Sequence record: NC_023557.1
Direction: 5' to 3' (one strand)
DNA: 64,000 nt
A program made the translations under genes and the position numbers. The notes beneath the pieces are model-generated. The model was given only the letters and a program-made list of their open reading frames with translations. It was not told the origin of the DNA and did no database searches. Shown piece after piece: positions 28,833 through 38,370 of this stretch; the first letter of the stretch is position 1; each line of letters starts with the position of its first letter.

Positions 28833-31325
28833 ATGCTGATTAAATTTATTGAGCTATACAATTATCAGCGATTGAAGAACAAAGGCATCAATCGCATCAC
28901 CATGACCTTCAGTGAAGTGGTGCAAGTTATTCTGGGTAAGAACGGCAGTGGTAAGTCATCGCTGATTCGCGAGCTCTCACCACTGCCACCTGCGAATGAC
29001 GAGTATGATAAAGACGGTTACAAACATATCGTCATCGAACACAAAGGCGCGGAGTATGAGTTGTACTCCCAGCCTGGCTCGCCATCACGTCACACCTTTA
29101 AGCGTAATGGTGAAGACCTGAACGAAAGCATGACCATGAATGCGCAGAAGATCTTAGTGAAAGAACACTTTGGGTATACTGCTGAAATCCATGAAGTCTT
29201 GCTGGGGATGGTGAATGGGGTTTCCTTTACTTCCATGACACCACAGAAACGCCGTGAGTGGTTCACCTTACTCCACCCAACTGACCTGTCGTATGTCATT
29301 GAATTGCATCAGGTCTTAAAGGTGATGTTGCGTGATGCCAAAGGCGGAATCAAAACCAGTAACCAGCACTTGACAGACCTGTACGGTCAGCGTCAGGAAG
29401 GGGTGACAGTTGAAGCACAGCAAAGTCAACTGGACGATATCCAACACCGACGTGATCGCATTGCACGGTTTATCTCGGATGAGTTAGCCGGGAAGAACTT
29501 CAAGCAAGAGCTCGATAACGACATGTACCGGTTGAAAGATATCGGTGAACGTTTCCAAGCCAACCCGCCATTACTGTCACGCAACTACCGGTCGCGGGAA
29601 GAGATCTTAACCGAGCTGGAGAACTGCCGGGCTGAACTGGGTAAGCTGGAGTATGCCCACAAGACCCACAGCAACGAACTGGCTGAGCTTTCAAAGAACG
29701 AGATCTTTACCAGTGGTGATGCTGAGAAAGACAAAGCAGAACTGGAAGCCTCTAAGCTTGCTATTGCTGAGCATCTTGAACAAAGCCGTGCAGCCCATGC
29801 GGATGCGATGAACCGTTTAGGGGATAACCCTTTATGGCAAAAAATGTACAGTATGCCGTTTGAGCAGGTACGGGTGGTGTTATCACAGGTGGAGAACTTG
29901 ATCGATCACCTGTTGCGTATGGTACCGATGGATGAGCGCAAGAACACCTTGATGTTCTATGACCGTGCCCGCCGCAGTCAGTATGACCTGCAGGTGATGA
30001 TTGAAGGGTTAGAGCAAGAAGACAAGAAGTACAGTCATCAGCTCTCCCATTTCAATTCCGCCGATAAGACCGAGTGTCCGTCGTGTCACCATCGCTGGGT
30101 GCCGGGAGTATCTGAGCGGCAGATGGAAGAAGTCAAGCAGAAGCACAATGCGGTGAACGTGGAACTCACCACAGCCCGGGAGCGACTGGGTCGGTGTAAT
30201 GCCTACCTTGAAGCCAATGAGACCTGGTATCAGGCTGCCAGTGCCTATATCCGCTATACCGAAACCATGCCAGAGTGTCGGGATGTGTTTGAGTGGATGT
30301 TGGCGAATGATGTCCTCTATATGGCTAACCGGGAATTCGCAGCGATTCTGCCGACCATCAAGCACGGTATCTTAAGTCGTGAAGCGTTGGCGAATGACGA
30401 GCAGCGTCTGGTGCAGATTGACAATAAGCTGAAGCTCTTTACCAACGATGCCATTGAGTGGCACACCCGCCGTTACAATGAGCATGAGACGGCCTTGAGT
30501 CAGGTAATCAGTCAGACCCAAGCAATCAATCACACCATGGCGGTGCTAAAGAAAGATCTGCGTCTGGTCGATGACAGTCTGATGATGGCAGAAGTCGCAC
30601 GGGTCTCAATGGAAGGGGTGCGGGTCAATACCGGTAACCTGGCTAAGCAAGCGATTGCCAATACGGCCAATGACGAATACCGGATGTTGGGGGATCAGCA
30701 CAAATCCATCACTGCAGGGCTCTATAACGCACGCTCACTGGAGTCAACCATTCTCAGCACTGAATCCCATGTGCAGTCAATGAAAGCCTCTAAGGACGCG
30801 CTGGAGCTCTTGGTGAAGGCGACCTCACCAACCGAAGGCATTCCGGCTGAACAGTTGTCTGAGTTCATTGAAACCTTTGTCGGTAACATGAACGCGATCA
30901 TCTCCGATATTTGGGGTGATAATCTGCAGATCAAACCGTGTAACATGGAAAACGGCGATCTCTCCTTTAAGTTCCCGTTAATCTCAGGTGACTTTGAAGG
31001 TGGAGCGAAAGATGTCTCTGACTCCTCAACCGGGGAAGCACAGATCATCAACTACGTCTTCCGGTTAGTGGTGATGCAGTACCTCGGCTTTGAGCAGTAT
31101 CCGTTGGTCATGGATGAAGCGGGCGCGAACTTCGATGAAGCACACCGTCCGGCATTAATGAACTACATCAAACGCGCCTCAGAGTCTGGGGTCTATTCGC
31201 AGATCTTTTTGATCTCTCACTATATCGCACAGCACGGTGTATTAACCCATGCAGAAGTCTGCGCTTTGTCGAACGACGGCGTCGCACTGCCTGAGACATA
31301 CAACGACCATGTTGTTATCGAGTAA
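28833..31325 (+). CDS. sbcC: SbcC/Rad50-like SMC ATPase
   Basis: Walker A GKNGSGKS, coiled coils, zinc hook CPSC, signature SSTGE, Walker B LVMDE, H-loop ISH. Confidence 0.92.
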   Translation: MLIKFIELYNYQRLKNKGINRITMTFSEVVQVILGKNGSGKSSLIRELSPLPPANDEYDKDGYKHIVIEHKGAEYELYSQPGSPSRHTFKRNGEDLNESMTMNAQKILVKEHFGYTAEIHEVLLGMVNGVSFTSMTPQKRREWFTLLHPTDLSYVIELHQVLKVMLRDAKGGIKTSNQHLTDLYGQRQEGVTVEAQQSQLDDIQHRRDRIARFISDELAGKNFKQELDNDMYRLKDIGERFQANPPLLSRNYRSREEILTELENCRAELGKLEYAHKTHSNELAELSKNEIFTSGDAEKDKAELEASKLAIAEHLEQSRAAHADAMNRLGDNPLWQKMYSMPFEQVRVVLSQVENLIDHLLRMVPMDERKNTLMFYDRARRSQYDLQVMIEGLEQEDKKYSHQLSHFNSADKTECPSCHHRWVPGVSERQMEEVKQKHNAVNVELTTARERLGRCNAYLEANETWYQAASAYIRYTETMPECRDVFEWMLANDVLYMANREFAAILPTIKHGILSREALANDEQRLVQIDNKLKLFTNDAIEWHTRRYNEHETALSQVISQTQAINHTMAVLKKDLRLVDDSLMMAEVARVSMEGVRVNTGNLAKQAIANTANDEYRMLGDQHKSITAGLYNARSLESTILSTESHVQSMKASKDALELLVKATSPTEGIPAEQLSEFIETFVGNMNAIISDIWGDNLQIKPCNMENGDLSFKFPLISGDFEGGAKDVSDSSTGEAQIINYVFRLVVMQYLGFEQYPLVMDEAGANFDEAHRPALMNYIKRASESGVYSQIFLISHYIAQHGVLTHAEVCALSNDGVALPETYNDHVVIE

Positions 31326-31345
31326 CTAGGCTTAAGGAGTCTATT

Positions 31346-32746
31346 GTGTCGGCTATTCCTGCTAATCTGTATTACGGTCCTGAGGTTCCGGTCGACGCAT
31401 TGCCTGGTGCAGTGTTTAACGACGGCACATGTTTGTATCGCGGAGGTGAACACGGTTGGTTGTATATGTGTCATCTCCACACCGTTTTAAACACCCTCGA
31501 TTCACCTTTGGCGGCGTATGCTGCTGAACCGAACAACGGCACGATCGCTGAGCTTAATGAACCGTTCGCGGTTTACCATCAAGGTAACTGGTTGGAGTTG
31601 GACAAAGACGCTGCACCAGACTTGAATGCGACCGTGGTCTTCAAAGATGAAGATGTGCGCGCAATCGCCGCCGACACCGATAGAACCTGTTTAGTGTTTA
31701 TGGACGGCAGCAACGACGCACAGGTGGCTTTCAAGGTAACACTGTTCCTTTGCCACAAAGGCGAAGTGGTGGGGCTTGGTGACTACGACTACGTTAGCGC
31801 CGATAATCTACCGCTGCTGCAGAGAATGATGTTCGGTAACCGGGGAGGGGGTATGGTTGAATACATGGAACTAGACATCACATCACGGTTTATCGTGAAC
31901 AAAGGGCATTTACCGGAAGTGGGCGATACCTGGATCGATAACGAGTTCAACGAATACGTGTACAGTCCGACACGGCTGTGGGATCGTATTGGTAAGCTTG
32001 CCTTTGTGTATAAAGGCAGTCTGGCTTCCGGTATCGATGCCTTGCGTCACCCCGGCCCGCATAACACCGGCGACACGTACTTGGTTGACAATTTTGCGTA
32101 TGTCTATAACAAAATCGTGAACCGCTTTGTGGTGTTGCAAGTTGATCCGGGTAACGATAACACACCGTTTGATCTCTATCCTGATGGTGCACTCGAACCC
32201 ATTCCAATGCAGGGGATCTATCGCCGCAGTACTGACGCCTTACCCAGCGAACCCAATGGCTGTGGGTATGTCGTGATTGAGCAGGATGGCAGTCATGTCA
32301 TCTACAATCAGTACGGGCTGCGTATTGACTGCGATGTGGTGGAAACCACCGAGCGCACCGAGTCCCGTACGCCGATGGTGGTGATCGGTGATAACGCGTT
32401 GCTGAGGCTTTATTACGAAGCCAACGACATGGACCCTTGTGAAGGGGATGTCTGGGTGAATGATAAACAGCTCATGACCTTCTTTGCTGGCGAATGGACG
32501 TTATTGCCCGTGGGCCGCCTCTACACTGAACGACACCAACCCCTGCGTGATAAAGTTCAGGCATTGCGTGAACTGATTGACAGTGGTCGGTTCAAAAGTG
32601 TGATCGACAAAGCCCGAGAGCAGGAGTTTGAACGCGAGCTGGCCGAATACGACGCTGTCCGCAAACAACCCCCGCTAGAACAAGAACCCAAAGACACTTC
32701 TTTCTTTGCGCCGATCAAAGCCTTCTTTAAGCGTTTGATACAGTAA
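31346..32746 (+). CDS. Hypothetical protein with three GD(T/V)(W/Y) repeats
   Basis: 466 aa; PEVGDTWI, NTGDTYLV, CEGDVWVN repeats. Confidence 0.7.
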   Translation: MSAIPANLYYGPEVPVDALPGAVFNDGTCLYRGGEHGWLYMCHLHTVLNTLDSPLAAYAAEPNNGTIAELNEPFAVYHQGNWLELDKDAAPDLNATVVFKDEDVRAIAADTDRTCLVFMDGSNDAQVAFKVTLFLCHKGEVVGLGDYDYVSADNLPLLQRMMFGNRGGGMVEYMELDITSRFIVNKGHLPEVGDTWIDNEFNEYVYSPTRLWDRIGKLAFVYKGSLASGIDALRHPGPHNTGDTYLVDNFAYVYNKIVNRFVVLQVDPGNDNTPFDLYPDGALEPIPMQGIYRRSTDALPSEPNGCGYVVIEQDGSHVIYNQYGLRIDCDVVETTERTESRTPMVVIGDNALLRLYYEANDMDPCEGDVWVNDKQLMTFFAGEWTLLPVGRLYTERHQPLRDKVQALRELIDSGRFKSVIDKAREQEFERELAEYDAVRKQPPLEQEPKDTSFFAPIKAFFKRLIQ

Positions 32747-32766
32747 AGATCGTAGATCATTTTATT

Positions 32767-32775
32767 CCTACATTA
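32767..32775 (+). promoter_or_regulatory. CCTACAT(T/C)A candidate phage promoter motif
   Basis: Recurs upstream of gene blocks at 2734, 32767, 40067 and 53702, with variants at 13 and 58110. Confidence 0.35.
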
Positions 32776-32803
32776 CCAGATTGGTATAGTCATCGAGGTC
32801 ATC

Positions 32804-33148
32804 ATGTTAGTGATACTACCCCTCGGTAATTTGGCCGCACGGATTGACCGTGCGCTTCAGGTTACTGATTACGTGTTCTCTGCTGAAGAGATTGCTGAAG
32901 CTGCGGTTCATTACATCAACGGAGATGTGGACTGTGCGCTGGATCAACTCTTTCGCAAGATCAACGCTTTAGATGAGACCTTTGTTGACTTGCCGTATAA
33001 CACCCCTTCTGACCAAGTACTGAAAAAAGTGATTGGTCAGGTAGGGCGTGAAATCAATACCAATCTATTTAACCTCTATCACGACGTCTGTATCCCGCAC
33101 TTTGTGAGCGCAGGAGAACATCAAGTCGTGTTAACTGTCGATATGTAG
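32804..33148 (+). CDS. Hypothetical protein
   Basis: 114-aa ORF, GAGG RBS. Confidence 0.6.
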   Translation: MLVILPLGNLAARIDRALQVTDYVFSAEEIAEAAVHYINGDVDCALDQLFRKINALDETFVDLPYNTPSDQVLKKVIGQVGREINTNLFNLYHDVCIPHFVSAGEHQVVLTVDM

Positions 33149-33157
33149 GAGTTACTC

Positions 33158-33646
33158 ATGAGCAGTATTCATCGCGTCTTTTCCACGGACTTACAAACTA
33201 TCAAAGACACTCCGACACCGGAGCTCGAAGATAGTGTTACTGTCGCCCGGAGGATTGCCATGCAGCAACAGCATCAAACGAGTTTCCTGATACTTTTCAA
33301 AGAGCGTGCACGTCAATGCACCGATGGCTTTGATAAGTGGCGGATGGATAAAACCAACAACCCTCTGTTTGAACAGACGGCACGTCAGCGCTTAGCAGGC
33401 ATCGCCATCAACATCTACCAGGAAGTCACCGGTGAAGTGGTCAGTAGTGACACCAGGTACCAGTTGATTAAATGGGCGGAAGACAACAAAGTGATCATCA
33501 TCAACCATGTGGTCGGCATGCAACTGTGGCACCGCATGGTGAACAACACCCCGGCTGAAACCCAGCTCCAGGTGTTCAGTGGTGGTCGGCAAGCCCTGAT
33601 GTTCTCTTTCAAAATCCCCGGGGCGAAGCATCCTTATCTTATATAA
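33158..33646 (+). CDS. Hypothetical protein
   Basis: 162-aa ORF, AGGAG RBS. Confidence 0.6.
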   Translation: MSSIHRVFSTDLQTIKDTPTPELEDSVTVARRIAMQQQHQTSFLILFKERARQCTDGFDKWRMDKTNNPLFEQTARQRLAGIAINIYQEVTGEVVSSDTRYQLIKWAEDNKVIIINHVVGMQLWHRMVNNTPAETQLQVFSGGRQALMFSFKIPGAKHPYLI

Positions 33647-33652
33647 GGTGTC

Positions 33653-33985
33653 GTGATGAAGCTGCAATATCATGCTATCATCCCTATCCCCTCTATGCCG
33701 GCTATTTGTCAGCAGTACGGTATTTCGCATGAAGGGCTTGTGCGAATGGTATTGGAATACCTGGAGGGGAATGAGTATCAGATGATGAGACGCATCCAAG
33801 AACTGCCTGCTGTGACTGACCCTGACATGACTGAAGCGGTTGTAGCCGCTGTTTCACGTGCCATGTTGGAGTTCCTGGATTCGTTACCTGAGGTTAGTAT
33901 AGGTCAACATATTCGGGATATCTATTTGATAGCAGCCCATTCATTAACCGCCCATGTCGGATTCGCTGTGTGCGATGACGAGTAG
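33653..33985 (+). CDS. Hypothetical protein
   Basis: 110-aa ORF, AAGGTG RBS. Confidence 0.6.
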   Translation: MMKLQYHAIIPIPSMPAICQQYGISHEGLVRMVLEYLEGNEYQMMRRIQELPAVTDPDMTEAVVAAVSRAMLEFLDSLPEVSIGQHIRDIYLIAAHSLTAHVGFAVCDDE

Positions 33986-33991
33986 ATTCCC

Positions 33992-34402
33992 ATGACCCTT
34001 TATAAAGAACATGTGGTGTTGTGTATTGTCCAATCTGATGCAACCACCGAAGCCTGGGCCGAGCTATCGCAGCTAGTTTTCGACAACCCGACTTTGATGT
34101 TTGATCAGGAAGACTTTACCCGCCTCCTTAATTTAGCGTTGGCTGATGACCGGGATGAGATGATCAAATACATCCGCACCGCACTCACGGTCAGCCTAAA
34201 TATCGAGCTCATTAATTGGCTCACAGACAGCATGCTTGACATCGCTTATGCTCTTCGCAAATCGTTACCGGTGTTAACACCCACACAACCCGGAGTTGTG
34301 GCCAAGTGTGAGTACCTGTCCCATTGCAGGCGCAACGTCGTACTAAAAGCTACCATCCTCGAACCTTTACCTAAGGAGCATTTGACAGTTATTCACTTCT
34401 GA
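33992..34402 (+). CDS. Hypothetical protein
   Basis: 136-aa ORF, operon-like spacing. Confidence 0.6.
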   Translation: MTLYKEHVVLCIVQSDATTEAWAELSQLVFDNPTLMFDQEDFTRLLNLALADDRDEMIKYIRTALTVSLNIELINWLTDSMLDIAYALRKSLPVLTPTQPGVVAKCEYLSHCRRNVVLKATILEPLPKEHLTVIHF

Positions 34403-34476
34403 CTTTGGGAGAAGTGACCAAGGCCGTGGGGGTATAAGCCTCCACTTAAAGAACCACGACTTCGGTAAAAACCAAA

Positions 34477-35244
34477 ATGAAAACGATCAACGCGATCCTT
34501 CACACCCTCGTGCTGTTTGCACTTGTCTTCGTTGCACAATCCTCACTGGTCCACGCCTCGACATCAACTGGAAAAGCTGCCGTCCAGTTTAATCAAGCAG
34601 GGTGGGATAAATACAAATCCACATTAACCCGAGCCTCGTTAGCATCCGGTGTACCGGTCACTGAGCTCGTGATCTTTACCTCTATTGAGTCTGACTTCAA
34701 AGCCAAGGCCCGCAACACGGCCGGGAGCAATGCAGGCGGACTGACCCAATTCATTCCAAGTACTTGGCGATCGATGGTGCTAACCCACCACAAAAAGTAC
34801 GGGTTAAGTAAAAACGTGTCTCGTTTTAATGCCTATGCCAACGCGGCTATGACCGCAGAGTATATTAAGCAGAACAGGAGCCTTCTACAACAGGCACTAA
34901 AACGGGAGATCACCACTGCCGATGTCTATATGGCTCACTTCCTTGGTCCGGGTACTGCAATTCAAGTCCTGAAGGCCAAAGGCAACCGCTCGATCACATC
35001 TGTTGTAAAGGCGACAAAAGGAAATGCCCGCTTGTTTTACAACAAAGGTCGACCATTAACGGTTGCGCAGTTTAAAGCCAATATGGCCCGCAAAGTGGCT
35101 AACCACCGCCAGGTCTATAAACCCGTTGCCGTAAAGTACGCTGTACGCTACGAGGAAAACCAACGCCTCGATGCACTTATCGCCAAAGTCAATGATAAGC
35201 CAGTACGCGTCGGGTTTAGTACCGCATACGTCAGGGAAATGTAA
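34477..35244 (+). CDS. Lytic transglycosylase (SLT family, phiKZ gp144-like catalytic domain) with signal peptide; endolysin candidate
   Basis: IESDF catalytic Glu, AGGLTQFIPSTW, VYMAHFLGPG; hydrophobic N-terminus ending VHA. Confidence 0.85.
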   Translation: MKTINAILHTLVLFALVFVAQSSLVHASTSTGKAAVQFNQAGWDKYKSTLTRASLASGVPVTELVIFTSIESDFKAKARNTAGSNAGGLTQFIPSTWRSMVLTHHKKYGLSKNVSRFNAYANAAMTAEYIKQNRSLLQQALKREITTADVYMAHFLGPGTAIQVLKAKGNRSITSVVKATKGNARLFYNKGRPLTVAQFKANMARKVANHRQVYKPVAVKYAVRYEENQRLDALIAKVNDKPVRVGFSTAYVREM

Positions 35245-35275
35245 AAGTTAACATACCTGCACGATAATATACATT

Positions 35276-35307
35276 GGGAGGGGCGCAGGTCTCTCCCTTT
35301 TATGCCG
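35276..35307 (+). terminator. Hairpin GGGAGGGGC-GCAG-GTCTCTCCC followed by TTTTATGCCG
   Basis: Stem plus family motif. Confidence 0.7.
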
Positions 35308-35339
35308 TTTGAATTTATTAACCCCCAAGGAGGTTGTGT

Positions 35340-35753
35340 ATGCCTGCGTTATTGCGTGCCGCCAATACCAGTTGTAACACCATTGGCCATGAGTATCACT
35401 CCCCGTTAAACGAACAGGTCATCATGATCAGCGATAACCAAATGAAAATGTTAATAGCCATGCCTGCGAGCAAACTGAATCTATTAACACGTAATCCGGT
35501 CTACGCTGACAATGGCATCGAATCTGTGTTCGTGCATCCCCGGTTCATTGAGCTGGCTGGCCTGATCCAGTTAAGTGCCTATGCCAAAGACCCCGCCTGG
35601 CAGCAGCATGACCTCAGTAACATGTTGGTCTACGTTGGGATGGTTGGGCGTAGCAATGTTCGTCTGGTTGAAGTAAATGCCCACCTGGCCAGTTGCGGCA
35701 TGCTCACGTTACGCCGCAGTGCCCTTGAGTTTGCCAAGCCCGTTATGTCTTAA
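35340..35753 (+). CDS. Hypothetical protein
   Basis: AAGGAGG RBS; start uncertain. Confidence 0.55.
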   Translation: MPALLRAANTSCNTIGHEYHSPLNEQVIMISDNQMKMLIAMPASKLNLLTRNPVYADNGIESVFVHPRFIELAGLIQLSAYAKDPAWQQHDLSNMLVYVGMVGRSNVRLVEVNAHLASCGMLTLRRSALEFAKPVMS

Positions 35754-35798
35754 TGGACAAACACTTACTATTATCTGTTAATTAATCTGGAGTGCCTT

Positions 35799-36245
35799 AT
35801 GATTCAACCTATTAACGTTCCCGGGATGGTGATCAACCCCGAAATCTCCCGTGAAGTGATCTTAATGACCAGTGAACAACTGGACCGTTTCTCGATTGCT
35901 GCCTTCGACATGCTGGCGCTGGGCAATACCGTATTCAGTGGTGAGTTCGGTAGTTATGTTACGCCGTCGCGTGACGAGTTCATGCAGGCTTACCTGCGTC
36001 CATTACAAGCCCCTGACTCGGTACGGCGCTACAATGAGATCGATCAAACCCAAGTCGCCTGTCTGGTCGATTCAATTACCCGTAACGAAAAAGGTGATCT
36101 GATTGGGCGGGTGATCCCACATGGTCCAAATGGCCCGAAACTTGAGAAGCTGTTTAAAGAAAAGAAACAGAAGTTCAAAGTCTTTCCACGACTCAAGTGG
36201 GAAAATGGCTGGAAGTTCGTGGCGTTTGATGTGGGGTATAAGTAA
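35799..36245 (+). CDS. Degenerate prohead-protease-like (T4 gp21 / phiKZ gp175-like) protein
   Basis: GEFGS...RRYNEID...GRVIPHGPNGPKL...FPR...FVAFDV follows the protease motif order without the catalytic His/Ser. Confidence 0.45.
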   Translation: MIQPINVPGMVINPEISREVILMTSEQLDRFSIAAFDMLALGNTVFSGEFGSYVTPSRDEFMQAYLRPLQAPDSVRRYNEIDQTQVACLVDSITRNEKGDLIGRVIPHGPNGPKLEKLFKEKKQKFKVFPRLKWENGWKFVAFDVGYK

Positions 36246-36566
36246 ATGGTACGCGCCGATACAACCATCGCAACAAAAGGAAAGGTTGTACGCTTGAGTG
36301 TCACCGGCTACGGGGTGATGAGCATGGATGGGGTTATGGTGGATGACCCTAAGCAGCGCGTGAACATGCGCACTGCGCACCCCAGCCAAAGTTGTTACCC
36401 ACTACCGGGTGAAAAGAAATGGTACGAAGTTAAACGGGTAGAACAGACAGCCAATGGTTGGTGTTATCCGGTGGTCGGGTTATTTAAGTATCCCGGTGAT
36501 GCCACAAACTTTATTCAATCCCTTATTCAGAAATACAAACTCGATCAGGAAAAACCTCATGAGTGA
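36246..36566 (+). CDS. Hypothetical protein
   Basis: 106-aa ORF abutting the previous stop. Confidence 0.55.
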   Translation: MVRADTTIATKGKVVRLSVTGYGVMSMDGVMVDDPKQRVNMRTAHPSQSCYPLPGEKKWYEVKRVEQTANGWCYPVVGLFKYPGDATNFIQSLIQKYKLDQEKPHE

Positions 36567-37038
36567 AATTACCGTAAAAGTTGTTGGTCCAATTCAAGCG
36601 GGTAAAACTGCGATCGCCTCTTTATTGGACAATGCCCTGCGTGCCAATGGTATCACAGCAAAGATCCAGTCTGACTCGGCGTTGTCTTATCTGCGTGAAG
36701 CCAAGAACCACGTCCCAACCAATGTCAGCGTGACGATCATTGACGGCACCACCGACGGTGTGCGTGAATTTGGCAACAGTGATGATGTCATTCCAATCCG
36801 CGGTCGCATCATGGGTATCGAAGTCCAACCGGTCAAATACACCCCCGCTGAAGCGACAGTGGTTGCACTGGCCGATGCTAACGCCTTTGCCGTGTATCGC
36901 CGTGAATGGCTGAACAATGCGTCGCTGGCCGTCTGGGTGGGTGACTTCCATGTTGAAAGCGATGCCATTGACTGCGCCAATACTCTGGCCGAGAAATACG
37001 GCACTGTCGCTGACTTCCTTTATAAGGCAGGTTTGTAA
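36559..37038 (+). CDS. Protein with N-terminal P-loop-like motif
   Basis: VVGPIQAGKT; start at ATG 36559 (AGGA RBS). Confidence 0.6.
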   Translation: MSEITVKVVGPIQAGKTAIASLLDNALRANGITAKIQSDSALSYLREAKNHVPTNVSVTIIDGTTDGVREFGNSDDVIPIRGRIMGIEVQPVKYTPAEATVVALADANAFAVYRREWLNNASLAVWVGDFHVESDAIDCANTLAEKYGTVADFLYKAGL

Positions 37039-37040
37039 CC

Positions 37041-37310
37041 ATGCATCAGTTTACTCCTGAGATGAAAGAAACGTTAAACGAACTCGAGCGTGAGTTAGCC
37101 CACATTCGTTTAACGCAACCGAACCGGATTAACACACTGATCAAAACCAAGTGTTTTAGCCTGGCCCGGAAAACAAAGTCACCGCACGTCAAACGGGTTC
37201 TGCAGTCAATTACCGCTACCCCGTTGTCGGTTGTAAAGTTAGAAGAAGTTCTGAAGCTTTACCATGAAGTGGATAGTGGTGAAGTGGAACTCTCTATCCA
37301 GCAGGTTTGA
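37041..37310 (+). CDS. Hypothetical protein
   Basis: 89-aa ORF. Confidence 0.55.
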   Translation: MHQFTPEMKETLNELERELAHIRLTQPNRINTLIKTKCFSLARKTKSPHVKRVLQSITATPLSVVKLEEVLKLYHEVDSGEVELSIQQV

Positions 37311-37783
37311 GGGGGGTAGAATGGCGTTGGCTTTCGATTCTTAACGAGTCGGACTTCAACGCAATGACCTTCCTCGCGGTGAAACAATACCACGCTCAGT
37401 CTATCTACTGGAAACGACTGGGTGTGGATTGGAACACCCCTAAGCCTGAGACTGTCCACAAGTTTATGGCGACCTATGTGAAGAATGCCCCGATCAAACT
37501 GATGATCCGTAACGCGGATGCGGTGATGATTGGGTTTGCGCTACTCAGTACCGAACGCACGGATAAAGGACTTGTCTGTCACATCGACGAGGTGTTTATC
37601 GACGAACCCTATCGTAATAAGGGCATTGGTAAGAAAACGCTTATTAGGATTAAACGGCACGCCGAAAAACAGAAGATCGCTGCATTGACCTTGAACGTCA
37701 GTGCTGCCAATCCCGTTCGCGCACTTTATGAACGTATGGGGTTTGAACCAGTGCAGGTGAAATACCAGATGCGGCTGGGTTGA
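37307..37783 (+). CDS. GNAT-family N-acetyltransferase
   Basis: IDEVFIDEPYRNKGIGK acetyl-CoA motif A; LNV...N..RALYERMGF motif B. Confidence 0.9.
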   Translation: MRGVEWRWLSILNESDFNAMTFLAVKQYHAQSIYWKRLGVDWNTPKPETVHKFMATYVKNAPIKLMIRNADAVMIGFALLSTERTDKGLVCHIDEVFIDEPYRNKGIGKKTLIRIKRHAEKQKIAALTLNVSAANPVRALYERMGFEPVQVKYQMRLG

Positions 37784-37801
37784 CCTAGTGAGGAGTTTGT
37801 C

Positions 37802-38356
37802 GTGTCTATCTATCGCATTGAAATCCACCCGAACGCCACCAGTGGTCTTACGGTACTTGTCAGCACGGCTGAAGGTATACGGCGGCTGGCATTAGTGGAA
37901 GGGTGTTCGGAACAGGGAGCGTTTGTAGTTATACGGGATAAGGTTATACGGTTCTATCATTGGGATGTACGACGGGAAGAAGACCGGGCGTTGTTCAATG
38001 CAGACGGTCTGGCACGGAAAGCGCTGGTTGGGATCGAAGCCTTGTTGTGCAAGAACAAAGATTGGGGTTTTGGTGGGACACGTTTCCTGGCCTTTATGAC
38101 AGGTGGCTTAAAACACCGCTGGAACGAGTACAGCAACACGCGGGGGTTTATCCGAGCAGAACATCATCATTTGGTGCACACTCGCGTAGATCGCCGTGAG
38201 GAGCGTGTATTCGTGACATTAGGGGATTGGGCACAGCACACACCGTGGAACTTGCGCCTGGACCGTAAAACCCCCTATTCAACGAAATTCAGAGAGGTGG
38301 TTGAACGCCTCGTCCGTCAGGAGTTCGACTTACCGGCGGTCTTTGACATTAATTAA
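37802..38356 (+). CDS. Hypothetical protein
   Basis: 184 aa, GTG start with GAGGAG RBS. Confidence 0.6.
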   Translation: MSIYRIEIHPNATSGLTVLVSTAEGIRRLALVEGCSEQGAFVVIRDKVIRFYHWDVRREEDRALFNADGLARKALVGIEALLCKNKDWGFGGTRFLAFMTGGLKHRWNEYSNTRGFIRAEHHHLVHTRVDRREERVFVTLGDWAQHTPWNLRLDRKTPYSTKFREVVERLVRQEFDLPAVFDIN

Positions 38357-38370
38357 CCTAAGGTGCTTTC

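Noticed and set aside
28833-31325. SbcC as part of an SMC-based defence system (Wadjet/Lamassu)
   Set aside because: No partner genes nearby; SbcC in this position is an expected phiKZ-family core recombination gene
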